From Botryllus schlosseri (Eukaryota): a stretch of 64,000 bases of DNA. Both the position numbers and the translations under genes were made by a program. The notes beneath the pieces were generated by a model. That model ran no database searches. It had not been told where the DNA came from and saw only the letters and a program-made list of their open reading frames with translations. The stretch's first letter is position 1, and every line of letters begins with the position of its first letter. Location: positions 23,066,001 to 23,130,000 of the forward strand of contig CM119372.1 in the NCBI GenBank assembly GCA_051294905.1, read 5' to 3'. Below are positions 36,798 through 49,665 of this stretch, one piece after another.

Positions 36798-38572
36798 CTT
36801 AAAAGACACACGTAAGACGTATAGGCTAGTTCATATTCAACATTGACAAAAGCTACCGATACTAACCCCGCAGTCGCCTTTGGTTACCCATTTACCGCCG
36901 ACAAACCGTCTCAGACAATATTTCGCTGGAAAAAATGAGTGTCAATCTGGTTCAAGGGAAAATATCAATAGTGCAAACCTGACGAGCGAGAGTAGATCAT
37001 ATATCCAAGCATGTGTAGCATCCAAATATTACACAACATCTCAAAACTTCGAAATATATGCTAACCAAAATAAAAGTACACGAAATCCATTTGAAATATA
37101 TTTGATGCAAGTAGACCAGATATTGTGCAGTCACACATCATGGACGTTAAAAGTTAGGAAATATATTGCTCATAACACAGTCCAATTAGCTATTTACACA
37201 TCTACATCTCCAAGCTTCGAATGTCTAATTTTCCCAACCTCTTTTGCAGACCGAATTTCCGAAACGCTAATAAACTTTTCTGCGTCTGCTGCAACGTGCA
37301 GCTTACTTGCCCGGCAATAATTCTGTTTGTTAAATGCTTGTAGACCGTCAGTTTTCAAAATAGGCTGTCATCACTCAGTGTGACTTCTTCCGCTCCCTTT
37401 CAGATACCAGTTTAATGCGAGGCTTCACCTTAGAAAATGTCGTCGCATTGTTCGGTCGAAACGCAACAGCGTGATACCAATTGCGTAATTACAAAATAAA
37501 TATTGGAGATAGAATTGGCATTTCAGAAGGACGGGATTTCGATTTCGAGCCCCGTGTCCCCCTGCGTCCGCCACCTCATACGACGCACCACTGCAGCAGT
37601 CACGATTCTGCTACTTATAGAGCCTAATTACCAGCAACCAATGATAGCCAAGACGGTCGTATGATCACAAATCTTATGTGTGATTTGAGTGTGATGTCTT
37701 GACAACCAGAGAACCCATGAGACTGACTCATGGAACACCGGTTAAGAACCACTGGTTTGCCGCTATATAATCCGCATTCTGCAATCAGTCAGATATTTAT
37801 CAGTGTTAATCAAATACAATTTCGGTAAATTCGAATGACGGCATTCATTGACAGGTCTGCTGTAAAAGAATCATGAATTACCCGAAAATGCCTTCTACAT
37901 CAGTCGTATAGCCTACCAGCTGCCGTTGGTGCTATTGTTAGAACTCGTTTCCGTTGAATTATGACCAATTTGGTCATCATGAGGAAATGTCGTTTTATGA
38001 CTCGCTGTTGGAGACCACCACGACTATCCACATGTTACTCATGAAATTTCGCGAATCTGAAGCTGCAAAGCAGCTGTATAAATGTTCGATTTTTCAACAA
38101 TCAACGAATAGCCTATGTTGCGCTAAGCGAGTGGCTTCCAACGCACGAATCGTGATCTAACCTAGGCTCATCTGCTTATTTCTCTCTATATATTTTTCAG
38201 GCATATTGCATCTGGTGTAAAAAGTTAATAACATAATAATTGAAAACGTGAAGAGATCACAGAACCTGAATATAGGTATACATCAAGTCATGAACACTTT
38301 CATGTCGAGATCCGGAAGGACATTACAATTAAACATTGCTAATAAAAATTTCCGCCATCGAATGATCCACTTTATAACATTCTGTCATGTTGCCTAAAAG
38401 AAAGTCATTGTTCCGGTCATACTCCCGAAAGACCCGCCAGAACGTTCGCATTGAAGATTTCGCGTCCTTTACGGGGATTTTTAGTTGTGCCTGTCGATTA
38501 GCCTATAGCTGTCAAAGCTATAAAGGAGAATGAATTCCGAAAAAGGAGGACAAATCCTCTCAAAGGACGACA

Positions 38573-39320
38573 GAGATAGCGTAGTGGTAACGATAAGCGC
38601 CCACCAATCTGACGTACCCGGTTCGATTCCCGTCGGAGGTTTATCTGGGCTCCTCTTCCCCCGCCGTTGCCGTTCTTACGGCGACAAAAAAGCCCAGAGA
38701 AAGACCCGACGAAAGAAAGCACTCACAAGGAATGGAAAGAACTAGTAGAAAGGGCCGCGGCTTCGAAAAGATTGACATCGAAAAGATCTGTGACATCGGG
38801 CACTCTAGGCCGAAGTGGATAACATAACATAACATAACATGTTTGGGTTATATTTTTATCTGAACAAGTCACACACAATGTACAATGCGATAAGACACAA
38901 TGCGATGTCATGAACAGATAGGAGGATGTAGAACGACACGCATCAGTAGCGATCCTTTACTCTAACATCCACCTCGGCCTAGAGTGCCCGATGTCACAGT
39001 TCTTTTTCGATGTTGATCTCTTTGAAGCCGCGGCCCTTTCTACTAGTTCTTTTCCATTCATTGTGAGTGCTTTCTTTCGTCGGGTCTTTTTCTGGGCTTT
39101 TTTGTCGCCGTAAGAACGGCAACGGCAGGGGAAGAGGAGCCCAGATAAACCTCCGAAGGGGAATCGAACGCGGTTCGCCTGCGTGCTGGGCGCTTATCGT
39201 AACCACTACACTATCTAAAGGATCGTTACTGATGCGTGTCGTTCGACATCCTCCTATCTGTTCATGACATCGCATTGTGTGTGACTTGTTCAGTTGAAAA
39301 ATATAACTCAACGATATTAT
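38573..39320 (+). mobile_element. tRNA-derived SINE family 2, split by an antisense copy of the same SINE
   Basis: 5' part 38573-38820 (A box TAGCGTAGTGG, B box GGTTCGATTCC) and 3' part 39216-39320. Compare the full copy at 55342-55710. Confidence 0.78.
38821..39215 (-). mobile_element. Full-length SINE family 2 with (TGTTA)n tail
   Basis: Reverse complement of the 55342 copy; (AACAT)4 at 38821-38840. Confidence 0.85.
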
Positions 39321-39336
39321 TATATCGTAACTTTAG

Positions 39337-40741
39337 TAGGGATGGTGTGAACATGAGGTTCACGTTCACGTTCTGTGTGTGAACCTCTGAAATTTAGAGG
39401 TTCACGTTCACAAAGAACCAGAGATGAGCATGGATTAGGATTAGGTTTTGAAAAAACAGGATTTGTGAAATTTTGTCGGATTTGGATTGGATTTGGATTA
39501 GACATTTTTTTTAGAACGGATTAGGATTTGGATTGGATTTACCTATTTTCTGGGAGATTGAAATGTCGTGTGGCGAATGGCGACAAACTTTATTCAGATC
39601 AGTAATTAATGTACTTATGGTTACTAAGTTATCTTGAATCAAGTGAATCGTTGGTTGTGAAAGAAAATTTTCGAATCCCTCCATTGCATAAATTAGTATT
39701 TTTTCTGAATTTCCAGTTGGAATCGGATTAGGATTGGACATGGACTTGAATATGAAAAAGTTATGGATTAGGATTTGGATTTGGATTTGAAGGTTCGGAT
39801 TTGGATTGGATTAGGACATAGAAATTTCAAATCCGCTCATCTCTGCAAAGAACCTTGGTAGGTTCTGCACCGTGAACCTTTTTCATATATTACAATTTTC
39901 ACTTCGTTATAACATCTTTTGTTGAAATTTATTGCATTTAAACTGTGGTCCACTATATGCATGACGCTGGCGGCATAAAAAATCAACGCTAAACGAGCAT
40001 GCACCTTGACAATCTCAATAATTTTACTTGCTTTGTTACAAAAGTTTGCTCGAATATTTCGATACTCTCTGCAATCACACATCAAGAGCGAAATACATTA
40101 CATGTAGGTAGTCAGTGAATGATGCTTACTCAACCAATCAATGAGATTAATAGCGTTGTCTGATGTAAAAAATCTAGCAGGCGAGCGGGGTTAATCTTGA
40201 TTTCATGTGCTTATTGTATCATAAAAACCAAATCCGTGCGATTGGGGTGTGGGCTACTGCTGTATAACTTGTTAACGGAGTAATATAGGTAGCAAGTGGA
40301 GAAACCCGTTTTACACTCTGCCCAATATCAACATAGCAAATAGCAATACTCAAACGCCGAATACAATGTCCGGTCTGGCCGAGACCGTTAAGGCGTAAGC
40401 TTATATTCCCTTGCAAGTCCTCGTCGAAATTGTTGTCAAAGTGACGGAAGATATTGATTTTATGGGATTAATTATGATATCATTTGCTTGCCCCAGTTGA
40501 TACATTTGGCGACGTTTAAAACGTCACTATGTACTTCAGCATTGTGGCATTATGTGGCCCGAGTCGTCGCTAGTTATAGTGTACATTATTATCGGCTATC
40601 ACTTTACTGAAATGTAGGGTTGGAATTAGCAATATGACGTCACGTGACGTCATGAGGTTCACGTTCGCGTTCACATAGAACCATTCAAAAAGGTTCGCGT
40701 TCACACGAACCTGAACCTTTCAGAGGTTCACACCATCCCTA
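39337..40741. mobile_element. hAT-like MITE TAGGGATGGTGTGAAC (GTGAAC subterminal repeats)
   Basis: TIR TAGGGATGGTGTGAAC/GTTCACACCATCCCTA, with an inverted homolog at 62640-63854. No TSD. Confidence 0.8.
39419..39845. mobile_element. hAT MITE CAGAGATGAGC (GGATT repeats), 427 bp
   Basis: TIR CAGAGATGAGC/GCTCATCTCTG; TSD CAAAGAAC. Confidence 0.9.
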
Positions 40742-40956
40742 GTACCGCGACTACCGATATCTGTTTTGAAACGATTTTGCGATTAACTCTAGCGAGGAAA
40801 CTTTGAACTGACGTATACTGTCGCAATTTGAGACAAGAATCAACATGTTCATAATGTTGTTTGACCATGTCGGCAATCGCAGAAATGGGCGACTGCGTCT
40901 ACTCCAAGTTATCATAACAACAATGAGGACATTTGTATAAGAGTACTGTTGGAGCG

Positions 40957-41278
40957 GTGGCGAGATAGCATTGGTATAATCCACAGTTGCAACACCAATG
41001 CGTTGCAGGCTCGAGGTCGACCCCAGACCAATGTGTTCCGGGTTCGAGTCCGACCGAGGTCGACTCCAGAATTCCTAACCAAGTGTGGTAGGTTTATTTA
41101 GGCTCCACCTCGCCATCTCATCCGTGTAAGCGGTGTCTTATGAAAGCCTATAAGTTGACCGTGCTACAAGTCAGCAGCTACGGAAAAAAACTGAACAAAT
41201 TGGCCTGGTGTAAATGACCATAGAAGTCGACGATAGACACCATGAATACCGCAAACAAGAAACAACAACAGCAACAGT
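40957..41278 (+). mobile_element. tRNA-derived SINE family 3 with (CAA)n tail
   Basis: TAGCATTGGTAT..GGGTTCGAGTCC head, homologous to 61760-62002. Fragments occur at ~14522-14775 and ~15925-16010. Confidence 0.7.
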
Positions 41279-42146
41279 TGGAGCAATGTAACATTCTGCA
41301 AGCGAGCGTAATTCACCATGACTGCTGAGAATAGGCCTATCAAATTGAACTTGAAAGCTACCGTTTTGCTTGGAATCGTTTATCTGCAAGATGAGCGGGT
41401 GGTATGCCAGCCGAAGCTGAACGATCATTATTCAAAAGCTCATTTTACGCTTCAATAGCATGCACCCGACACAAACTCAAGCAATGGTAGGATTCACAAT
41501 TCGAGCCGAAAGATTTTAACGATCTTATTTGTCTTAAATGAGTCGCCATAAAAACAGCGTTGGGAACCAATGCGCTAGCGCCTTGGGCAGTGCTTTCCAA
41601 CCTTTTTCAGTTCGCGGCCCACTTGTAACGCAAGGTTTCATTGTGCGACTCATCATGGGATATCATATGAGTCAACAAATGAGAATGTTATTCGACGTAC
41701 AGTGAGTAGTGTGAATAACGAGTTAAATTGAACGTCAACAAGTGAAAATGCGCAACAATTCGCAGGACCGTTACAGCACTTCGTCAGCCACCCCCCCCAA
41801 ACGTTGGTTTTAGGCCTCCATAGGGTGATAAACCGAACTTATAGGGGGCTTCGCCCCCCAGAGCCCCTCAGGCTATACGCCGTTTGCCGCTACTTATCAT
41901 CTACACTGGGTGTTCGTTTAGCGAGTGAGCTTGTTTCGCCTAAACGCGTGAAGTGCGAATAATTTACATAATTCATGATTAAATCGGTCAATGTGATCGG
42001 GAATTGCATATATATTGCTCTCAACTTTTTCCTCTTTCTGCTCACGTAATCAGATTTGCCGGTAGAGATGAGTGAGGTGTGTTGGAAAAATTAGGACCCT
42101 TAAATAATAATTACCGTAAACCTCTTCAGGTGTACTCGTTGGTATC

Positions 42147-42790
42147 AGAGAGAGAGAGAGTTTTTATTTGCATCCAACTAAGATACATAACAACAGACGG
42201 CAATACGGAAAATATGCATGCACGGTATTCGGTATTAGATAGGAATGATCGATACGACTTTGAAGGTCAACTAGTCTAATCACACCCGCATATAACAGGT
42301 ACATTTGACTCTATACAGTCTAACTGCGAAAATGTTAGTTAAAAAAGGAAACTAAATATAAAAAGTAAACGACGGTAGCAAATGATCAATGAAGTAATGC
42401 CTGGGCGAGGTAGGGCAACGGTGTTGATATAACGACAAGAGGTGATTAAGTAGGTCTTTTTTGAATCTATTATAAGGCAATTCACGGATATGTGGTGATA
42501 ATGCATTCCAGATGATAGGTCCTGAGTAGTCGATAGATCTCTTGGTCAGGTTGCTATTGGGTGGGGGTAGATATTTCCCTTCGACAAGGATCTCATGTAA
42601 TGGGAGTGGACATTTTTAGCAGGTATGAAAAAGTCATCAAACACAGGAGGCAAGCTATTGCAAAAATATTTGTGAACAACTTTCGATACTTCGAAGCGAT
42701 ATGGTTCGTCAACTCGCAAAATTCGATACTTACGGTAGTAAGGCGATAATTTGTTACGTAACGGTAGAGATGAGATCAACCGTGAGATCA
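42147..42790 (-). mobile_element. L2/CR1-group LINE 3' fragment
   Basis: Degenerate ORF2 C-terminus (ILRV..FEVSKVVHKYFCNSLPPVFDDFF..HSH.MR..SIDYSGPIIWNAL), with the 3' UTR ending AATAAA-(CT)n. Confidence 0.7.
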
Positions 42791-43472
42791 ATGACTTCGT
42801 TTATACCGATCTCTTTTATTTTTGTGTTTTCGAAATTTATCATTGTGTTCGTCTGTCTCGTGAGTTATAATTTGTATGCTCTATAGGGAAGGGGTTGACC
42901 AGATGACTTCTCGGTCGTATCGTCCCTTCCCTGTCCATACCGATTATTTGAATGTTTCAAATTTTCCTGGTGAGACGAATTTAATAAATGATCTATCTAT
43001 CTATCGTTACATGATGCTATTTCGTGACCTCCTATCTGCTATGTCAAAAGATCATGAAATCGCCCAAACGTACTGAACTAAAAGACGTACACGATTTCAA
43101 ATTGGTATTTCTTTGCTGGCTAAAAATGTTCCTTCGCGATGGCATTTATCTTGTGGGGCTCAGATCGCAAGGACAGGAACATTCGGCGCCAGCCGTTTAG
43201 GCGCCTATGGAACATTAAACATATATGTATATAGGTTATATCGAAATTTTCGGTCAGCACAAGGGCAGTCCTTTTCGGCCGAGGTCTTCTCGCTGCTGAT
43301 CGTTCTCTGGCACTCTTCTCGGAGTCGCATGTTACATTCAGAGGTGGTCAGTAACGAAGTATTTCTACTTTCCGAAGTACTCAAGTAGTTTTCCTCTACT
43401 TCTGGTAATGACTCAAGTAGATCTGATTTTCGCTACTTCTACTTCTACTTCGTAATATTTTGTGATCTAGCC

Positions 43473-45247
43473 CAGTGGTTCTCAACCGCCGGTCCGCGGA
43501 CCGGTGCCGGTCCGCGACTACTTTCCTGCCGGTCCGCCAGGCATTTTACAATTTTATACCTTAATTTCAAGATGCAATATGTTGAAGGCTTGTCCATTGA
43601 TAAAATAAATAAAACATCAAAATTGGAACTGATTGAGAACTTTGTGAGGTAACATTAGGTCTGGAAACGTTTGACTTGAAGTCCAAGCCGTGTCATTTAC
43701 GACATGCGAGCGACAAGAACAAGCTGACTCGCTAAATGCGCAGTTTGCACGAAGTTCGTTTTGCATTCATTCATTTTGGGAAATATGCCTAGCCTAGGAC
43801 CTATAGTAACTGTCGCACTACAAACCCCTAATTGATTGGGGTCGCGCTTGAAGGGGGCCCAAAGTTATTTCATGAATGAACATGAATTATAGATTATTCT
43901 AGTTGAAACTTCATCCAACTTTTCCAAATTTTTTTCACGCTTTGTCCGATTTTGTGTCACTAAATAAATTGAATATTGGGTGCCCTTCTACCAAGAAATA
44001 CGCATGATTTGCAAGATCAGGCATTTTAGGCGTCAGCCATTGCCGCGCCACGACGCACCTACACATGATGAAGTTTGGGCTAACACAGGACTGCGAAAAG
44101 TGGGCCAAAAATTTGACAGCGATAAAACTTGGCCGAAAACGACTGCCCTTTTGTAGCCCGAAAACCTCGATATACATGTCAAATTGTCCATAGGCACCTA
44201 AATGGCTGGAGCCGAATTTCGCTGTCCTGGCTATCTGTACCCCACAGCAAAAATGCTATCCCACAAAGAAAAGTTATTTTCCAGTGAAGAAATAGCAATT
44301 TGAAATCGTGTGCTTCTTTTTGCTTAGTGCGCATGGGCGATTTCAATATCTATTCACTATATAACAGACAGTAGGTCATGAAATAATGACATGCAACGAA
44401 GTAAGTATCGCAACAGTCCAGCCCGAATAAGTTTAATTTGATTTCATGCCATAAATTCTCCAAGGCGACATCTCACTCAGCTCTACCGGAGAATCTGATA
44501 ATTCTGAGAGGATAAAAAAATTCTAGCAATATGTACGCAATTACCAATATTATTGACGGATTCGGTCATGAATTATAGAACATTTCCGCGCTTCGCGCGA
44601 TTAGGCTACGTAAACTCTCTGTCTGCACTTAGTAGAATGGATGTGCTCACAAGTAGTGGTGAAAGCTGTGGGGCCCAAGACGAACGATTTTCGGGGGGTT
44701 GACCGACGACGTGCCTTTTCGGAACGGTTTTGTGTATGGCCATTGGCCAGCAAGCATAGCTGTTGCCAGCTGTTTTCGTGCGGCGCATTGTATCCGTAGT
44801 AGCATGAGTAGCCTACGCTTGGTGGTATTGAGCACAATGAACATTCAGCAAGGTAGCACGAAAAGGCGCTTGGTCGACTCCAAAACACTTCTTCTCTCGA
44901 TGTCGTCGAAGAGAACAATATTATTCGAGTTGGCGTGGTCGGTTAAATCCACGGCATACGGCGCGTAAGACTGTAAACGACTCGCGGTGGTAGCACGTTT
45001 ATATGGGAAAGGCAATTTTACCTCGACTCAGCAGACTCACTACCGTAAAATCTCATGGATACCATCATGAACATAATCAATTACGATCTAAAACCTAAAA
45101 ATATCACTTTCTAGCACCATATACTTGCAAAAACCGGCTTCATACTCTATATTTTGGGTTGATTTCAATTTCTCAAAGTCCACCGGTCCGCCAAATATTT
45201 TTTGAACTTTTACCGGTCCGCGAGGTGGAAAAGGTTGAGAACCACTG
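43473..45247 (+). mobile_element. hAT MITE, CAGTGGTTCTCAACC family, uninterrupted reference copy (1775 bp)
   Basis: Perfect TIRs; TSD ATCTAGCC. Confidence 0.92.
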
Positions 45248-45722
45248 ATCTAGCCTACTTACTTATTTTTCGCTATTTTCAGTTTGTCAAGTATAAGTAG
45301 TTCAATCTTCCAATCAGGAAGATAGCCTGAGAAATTTCGAGGCTGTTTTCACGGAGTATCAACATTTAATTTTCATAAAAGTTGAGTAAAGCGAAGAATT
45401 TTCGTCGCGCTTCGCGCGCAGTGGATACGGAGTGACCAGTATGATTTCACGAAAGTATCGGTGAATATAATTTAGGTCGCGGGTTGGCGTTTTTCCGTTT
45501 ACACCACATTGTCGTCCTTCGCCCATATGAAATAATTCATCACAGTATATATGGCTCATCATGACGTTTGAAACTAATGTTTCGAAATCTAACATTTACT
45601 TGTCATATCGTAATCTAGCATGTCCATTGCGCGTCCTAATCTGGAAAAGTGGACTCTGACTTTTTTTTTTAAGTTTTAGAGCTGTTTCAGCATATCACCT
45701 TTGAAACTTTCTGGACTAAAGG

Positions 45723-46323
45723 CAGGGTTGTAACCAAGTCACAAGGTTCCGAGTCACAAGTCAATTTCACTTTTATAGTTTTGATTCGAGTCAAGTCGAG
45801 TCATTTTCAATTCAGTACCGAGTCAAGTCCGAGTCCAAGTCACGGAGTAGAGTGTCGAGTCCGAGTCATAGTGTTTTGACTCGAGTCCGCGTCCAAGTCA
45901 TTGTGTTGACTGCTCTGTTTACAGTTAAAGTCTTGTTAAACCAACTTTTTATTACTCTTTTTGGTGATATCGAATGGTTCGCATTTATAATATGCTAATT
46001 TTCCTCACTTATAACAGTATCTGGTAGCATTTTCAAGCATTAGTACTGATAGACAAAATAATTATAGTGTGATAACTTTACTATTCTTCGAAATTACAAT
46101 TAAATGCCTGTCTTGGTAGACCCAATCTCGAGTCATATGATTTGGTCCGAGACTCGGACTCTGAGTCATGCGCATTGCGCAATGACTCGAGTACAAGTCG
46201 AGTCAATACACAAATTGACTCGAGTCGAATCGATTCATTTTTCATTTTTAAGAAAATGACTCGAGTCAAGTCGAGTCACCAAAAAATCGTGACTCGTGTC
46301 TGACCCGAGTCTTTACAACCCTG
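45723..46323 (+). mobile_element. hAT MITE, CAGGGTTGTAA family
   Basis: TIR CAGGGTTGTAA/TTACAACCCTG; TSD ACTAAAGG. Confidence 0.92.
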
Positions 46324-46474
46324 ACTAAAGGCATGAAATACATGTTCCACTTTTAGAAGTAGTATTTACATTTTACTTTTAATTGCCAGTATCATATACT
46401 TTGAGTTATAATTAATATCAGTTCTTTTATCTGGATAACATACATGTTGAAGCATAAAAACAAGTGTAGTAATG

Positions 46475-47072
46475 CAGGGTTGTAACCAAGTCACAATGCT
46501 CCGAGTCACAAGTCAATCTCAGTTTTATAGTTTTGACTCGAGTCAAGTCGAGTCATTTTCAATTCACCACCGAGTCAAGTCCGAGTCCAAGTCACCGAGC
46601 AGAGGGTCGAGTCCGAGTCATGGTATTATGACTCGAGTCGAGTCAAAGTCATTGTGTTGACTGCCCAGTTTCCAGTTAAAGGCTTGTTAAATCCACTTTT
46701 TGTAACTCTGTTTGGTGATATCGAATGGTTCGCATTTATAATATACTAATTTTCGTCATTTTTAGAAGTTTCTGGGCACATTTTTAAGTACCAGTACGAA
46801 TAGACGAAATCCCAATAGTGTGATTACTTTACTATTCCTCGAAATTACAATGAAAGGTCGGTCTTGGCCGTCTTATAGTCTAGAGTCCTATGGCTTGGTT
46901 CGAGTCATGCACAATGACTCGAGTCCAAGTCGAGTCAATACACAAATTGACTCGAGCCGAGTCGAGTCATTTCCGTAATTTGAGAAAATGACTCGAGTCG
47001 AGTCGAGTCATCTGAAAAACGTGACTCGAGTCGGACTCGAGTCGAGTCATGACTCGAGTCATTACAACCCTG
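46475..47072 (+). mobile_element. hAT MITE, CAGGGTTGTAA family
   Basis: TIRs intact; TSD TAGTAATG. Confidence 0.92.
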
Positions 47073-48062
47073 TAGTAATGCCTTTAATTTCCGGAAAATA
47101 TATCGATAATTGGATACCTGTTGGTATGCATCAATATGAATCAAGCTCGTCACCTTTCGCATAGCTCAATTTACACCTTTTTACAATTGAATTTGTGTTA
47201 TCCTGCAACCGTTATTTGTGAATAGCCATGAATGTGATCTTTTCAACTGCTCTGTAATTTCCCTTTTCTCGCCTTGATATTATTTCGTATCACTGAAATG
47301 CTTTTCCACCAACAGGTGATAAGCGCCAAAGTTTTCTTTTTAATAAACAACAACAACAACCTTTTTACAATCCATGTGAACGAATTAGGACCGTTTTCAC
47401 AACTACTAACTTACTTGAGTACTTTTAAAGTCAGTCAATTCTACTTCTACTTCAAGTAGGTTTTATGTTGCTTATGGAAGAAGTACTTCTACTCGTACTT
47501 GAGTAGATTTTGTCGTCGCTACTTTTACTTCTACTTGAGTAGCTTTCTTGACTACTTTGACCACCTCTGGTTACATTTACATGGTCTATAACTTAAATGT
47601 ATTGGTACGTCGTGGCGCGGTAATGGCCGATACCGACGTGCCCATTTCTATAAATCATGCGAATTTTTTGTTAAGGGAAGGGTACCGAATCTTCATGATA
47701 TTTGACACTAAATCGCGCACAGCGCGCAATATTTTTTTGAAAATGTTGCATATAATTTCCAAAAAAGACCCTATGATTTCTGTTAATTCAAGAAATAATT
47801 TTAGGCCCCCTTCGAGCTCCCCCCAATATGGGGTTTTGGGGTGCGGCAGTTACGGTCCCGACAATCCGAAAATAGTAGTGTTACACAAAACCTTCTCGCG
47901 GGCCACATTTGGCCCGCAGGCCACGGGTTGGCCGCCCCTGATTTATATCGTTACTAATAACAGTGATTGATGGTACGTAAAAATCCTATATTAGTTGTTG
48001 GTATTATTAGTAATTTAAAGATACCTTTGGAAGCAATTGTTTTCATAATAAAGAAGTTGAGT

Positions 48063-48262
48063 TGGAGTCGGAGTCAGTGTCATTTTCACAAACTCCGACT
48101 CCGACTCCGACTCCAGTCAGTATTCTTTCCACGACTCCGACTCCGCGATTCCGACTCCAGCCACTATAGTTTTCACGATTCCGGCTTCAAGGCGTGCTAA
48201 AAAGATACTCCGACTCCGACTTCATTAAGTTAAAATTAGCCAAACTCCGACTCCACAGCCCT
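48063..48262. mobile_element. Partial hAT MITE (CCGACT repeats, ends CACAGCCCTG)
   Basis: GGAGTCGGAGTC and (CTCCGA)n arrays with a CAGCCCTG terminus. The left end is missing. Confidence 0.55.
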
Positions 48263-48597
48263 GTTGGAAAGTACTGCGCTATGGCATGTCATTGCATTTA
48301 TCAAAACCGCTTATAGCAAAGGCAATATGGGGGTACGGAATAGGACGCTGTATTATTGTCCCTGATGTTTTTTTCCGCATACACACCCATACTCGTGATA
48401 TATTATATATATATCACACCATCTGCGTATATGCATTATGTATACCATGCAAAATCTGCATATGGCGCTGGACGGACAATGAGGGTTCAGAAATAACCTT
48501 GTAGGGTTTTCTAAATCTTGCACCATCCCATCCGTGTTATCCCGGTAATGCTGAGAGCCAAGTGCGTAAGCCGTAGAGTGGATTCCAATTTCACTAA

Positions 48598-49220
48598 GCC
48601 CATTTACATGGCCGTTTGGGTCAGCTTCGAAGCTGACTCGTCAATGCGACTCTCTCGTTTTTGAAAAAGAGAAAAAGGCAGACGGCTTCAATCCGTCTTG
48701 AGCTCGATCCGTTCCGCAGAGTCGCTTAGAGACGGCTTGAACAGTATCGGTACTTGAGAACGAATCCAGACTACAGCAACATACCAACATTTCATGTTCA
48801 TATTTCACGAAACCGGCACGTATTTCAACTGGGTGATTGTGAAAGCTCTATCAGTACATGATACTGCTTTTATAATATGCACGTGGTCTTATTTGTTCAG
48901 CGTCACAACTTATGAAGCGGGTACAGCCAACAACATAACTTACTTGCCCAACTCACTATCAGAAAGAATATATACACGGTGTATTTGATCATTCTAGAAT
49001 TGTGTTGAAGTATTTCTGGATATCTCAACTGCCGTAGCATATTCCCGAGCTGAATCCCAAAGTGCTGTGTATCACTCGAGATGCGAGAAACATGACCATG
49101 TAAACTCGATCACTTTGGCAAGCCGTCTCATGACGTCACTCCAAGACGACTTGGCTTCAAGACGACTTGACCATGTAAATGGGCTTGACCATGTAAATGG
49201 GCTTGACCATGTAAATGGGC
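48598..49220. mobile_element. PIF/Harbinger-like MITE with triplicated right terminus
   Basis: TAA-GCCCATTTACATGG at 48598; CCATGTAAATGGGC repeated at 49171, 49189 and 49207. Confidence 0.55.
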
Positions 49221-49665
49221 TTGACTTGACCATGTAAATTGATTGGTTCGGGTCGGGTCGGCGAGGGCTTGGGTCGGCGAGGGCTTGAACCAACGAACTA
49301 CCTGTCAAGAAGTCGCTCCATAATTACGCTACATCTTGTCACCATCTTGGCAGAATTACGCGATACTATAACATCATATTGTTGATTAATTCACAAAATC
49401 AGGGGCGGGCAACATACGGCCCTCTTGCCGAATCCAGCACGCGACGAGATTTTGAGCGGACCGCAGAGGGTTTCCACCCTGAAAGTGAAATTCTAATCAG
49501 AAAGTATTGACAAATTTTATGCGTCACAGAATGAATCCGAGTTTGTCAACCTGGGAAAGATGGTCATGAAACTACTACGAGCAAACATTTTCGACCATGA
49601 GTTGATGCTGAAATGAACCTACTATTTTACAGTCGTCGTTCATTATACTTGATGTCATGTTGAAG

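Larger units (their letters stand above)
43339..47569. mobile_element. hAT MITE CAGAGGTGGTC (TACTCAAGTA repeats) hosting three nested MITEs
   Basis: TIR CAGAGGTGGTCA/TGACCACCTCTG; TSD GTTACATT. Confidence 0.88.

Noticed and set aside
41588..47940. Single outer hAT element enclosing the 43339 nest
   Set aside because: The internal sequence resembles the CAGTGG family, but the ends do not match each other and there is no TSD, so boundaries are unsupported.
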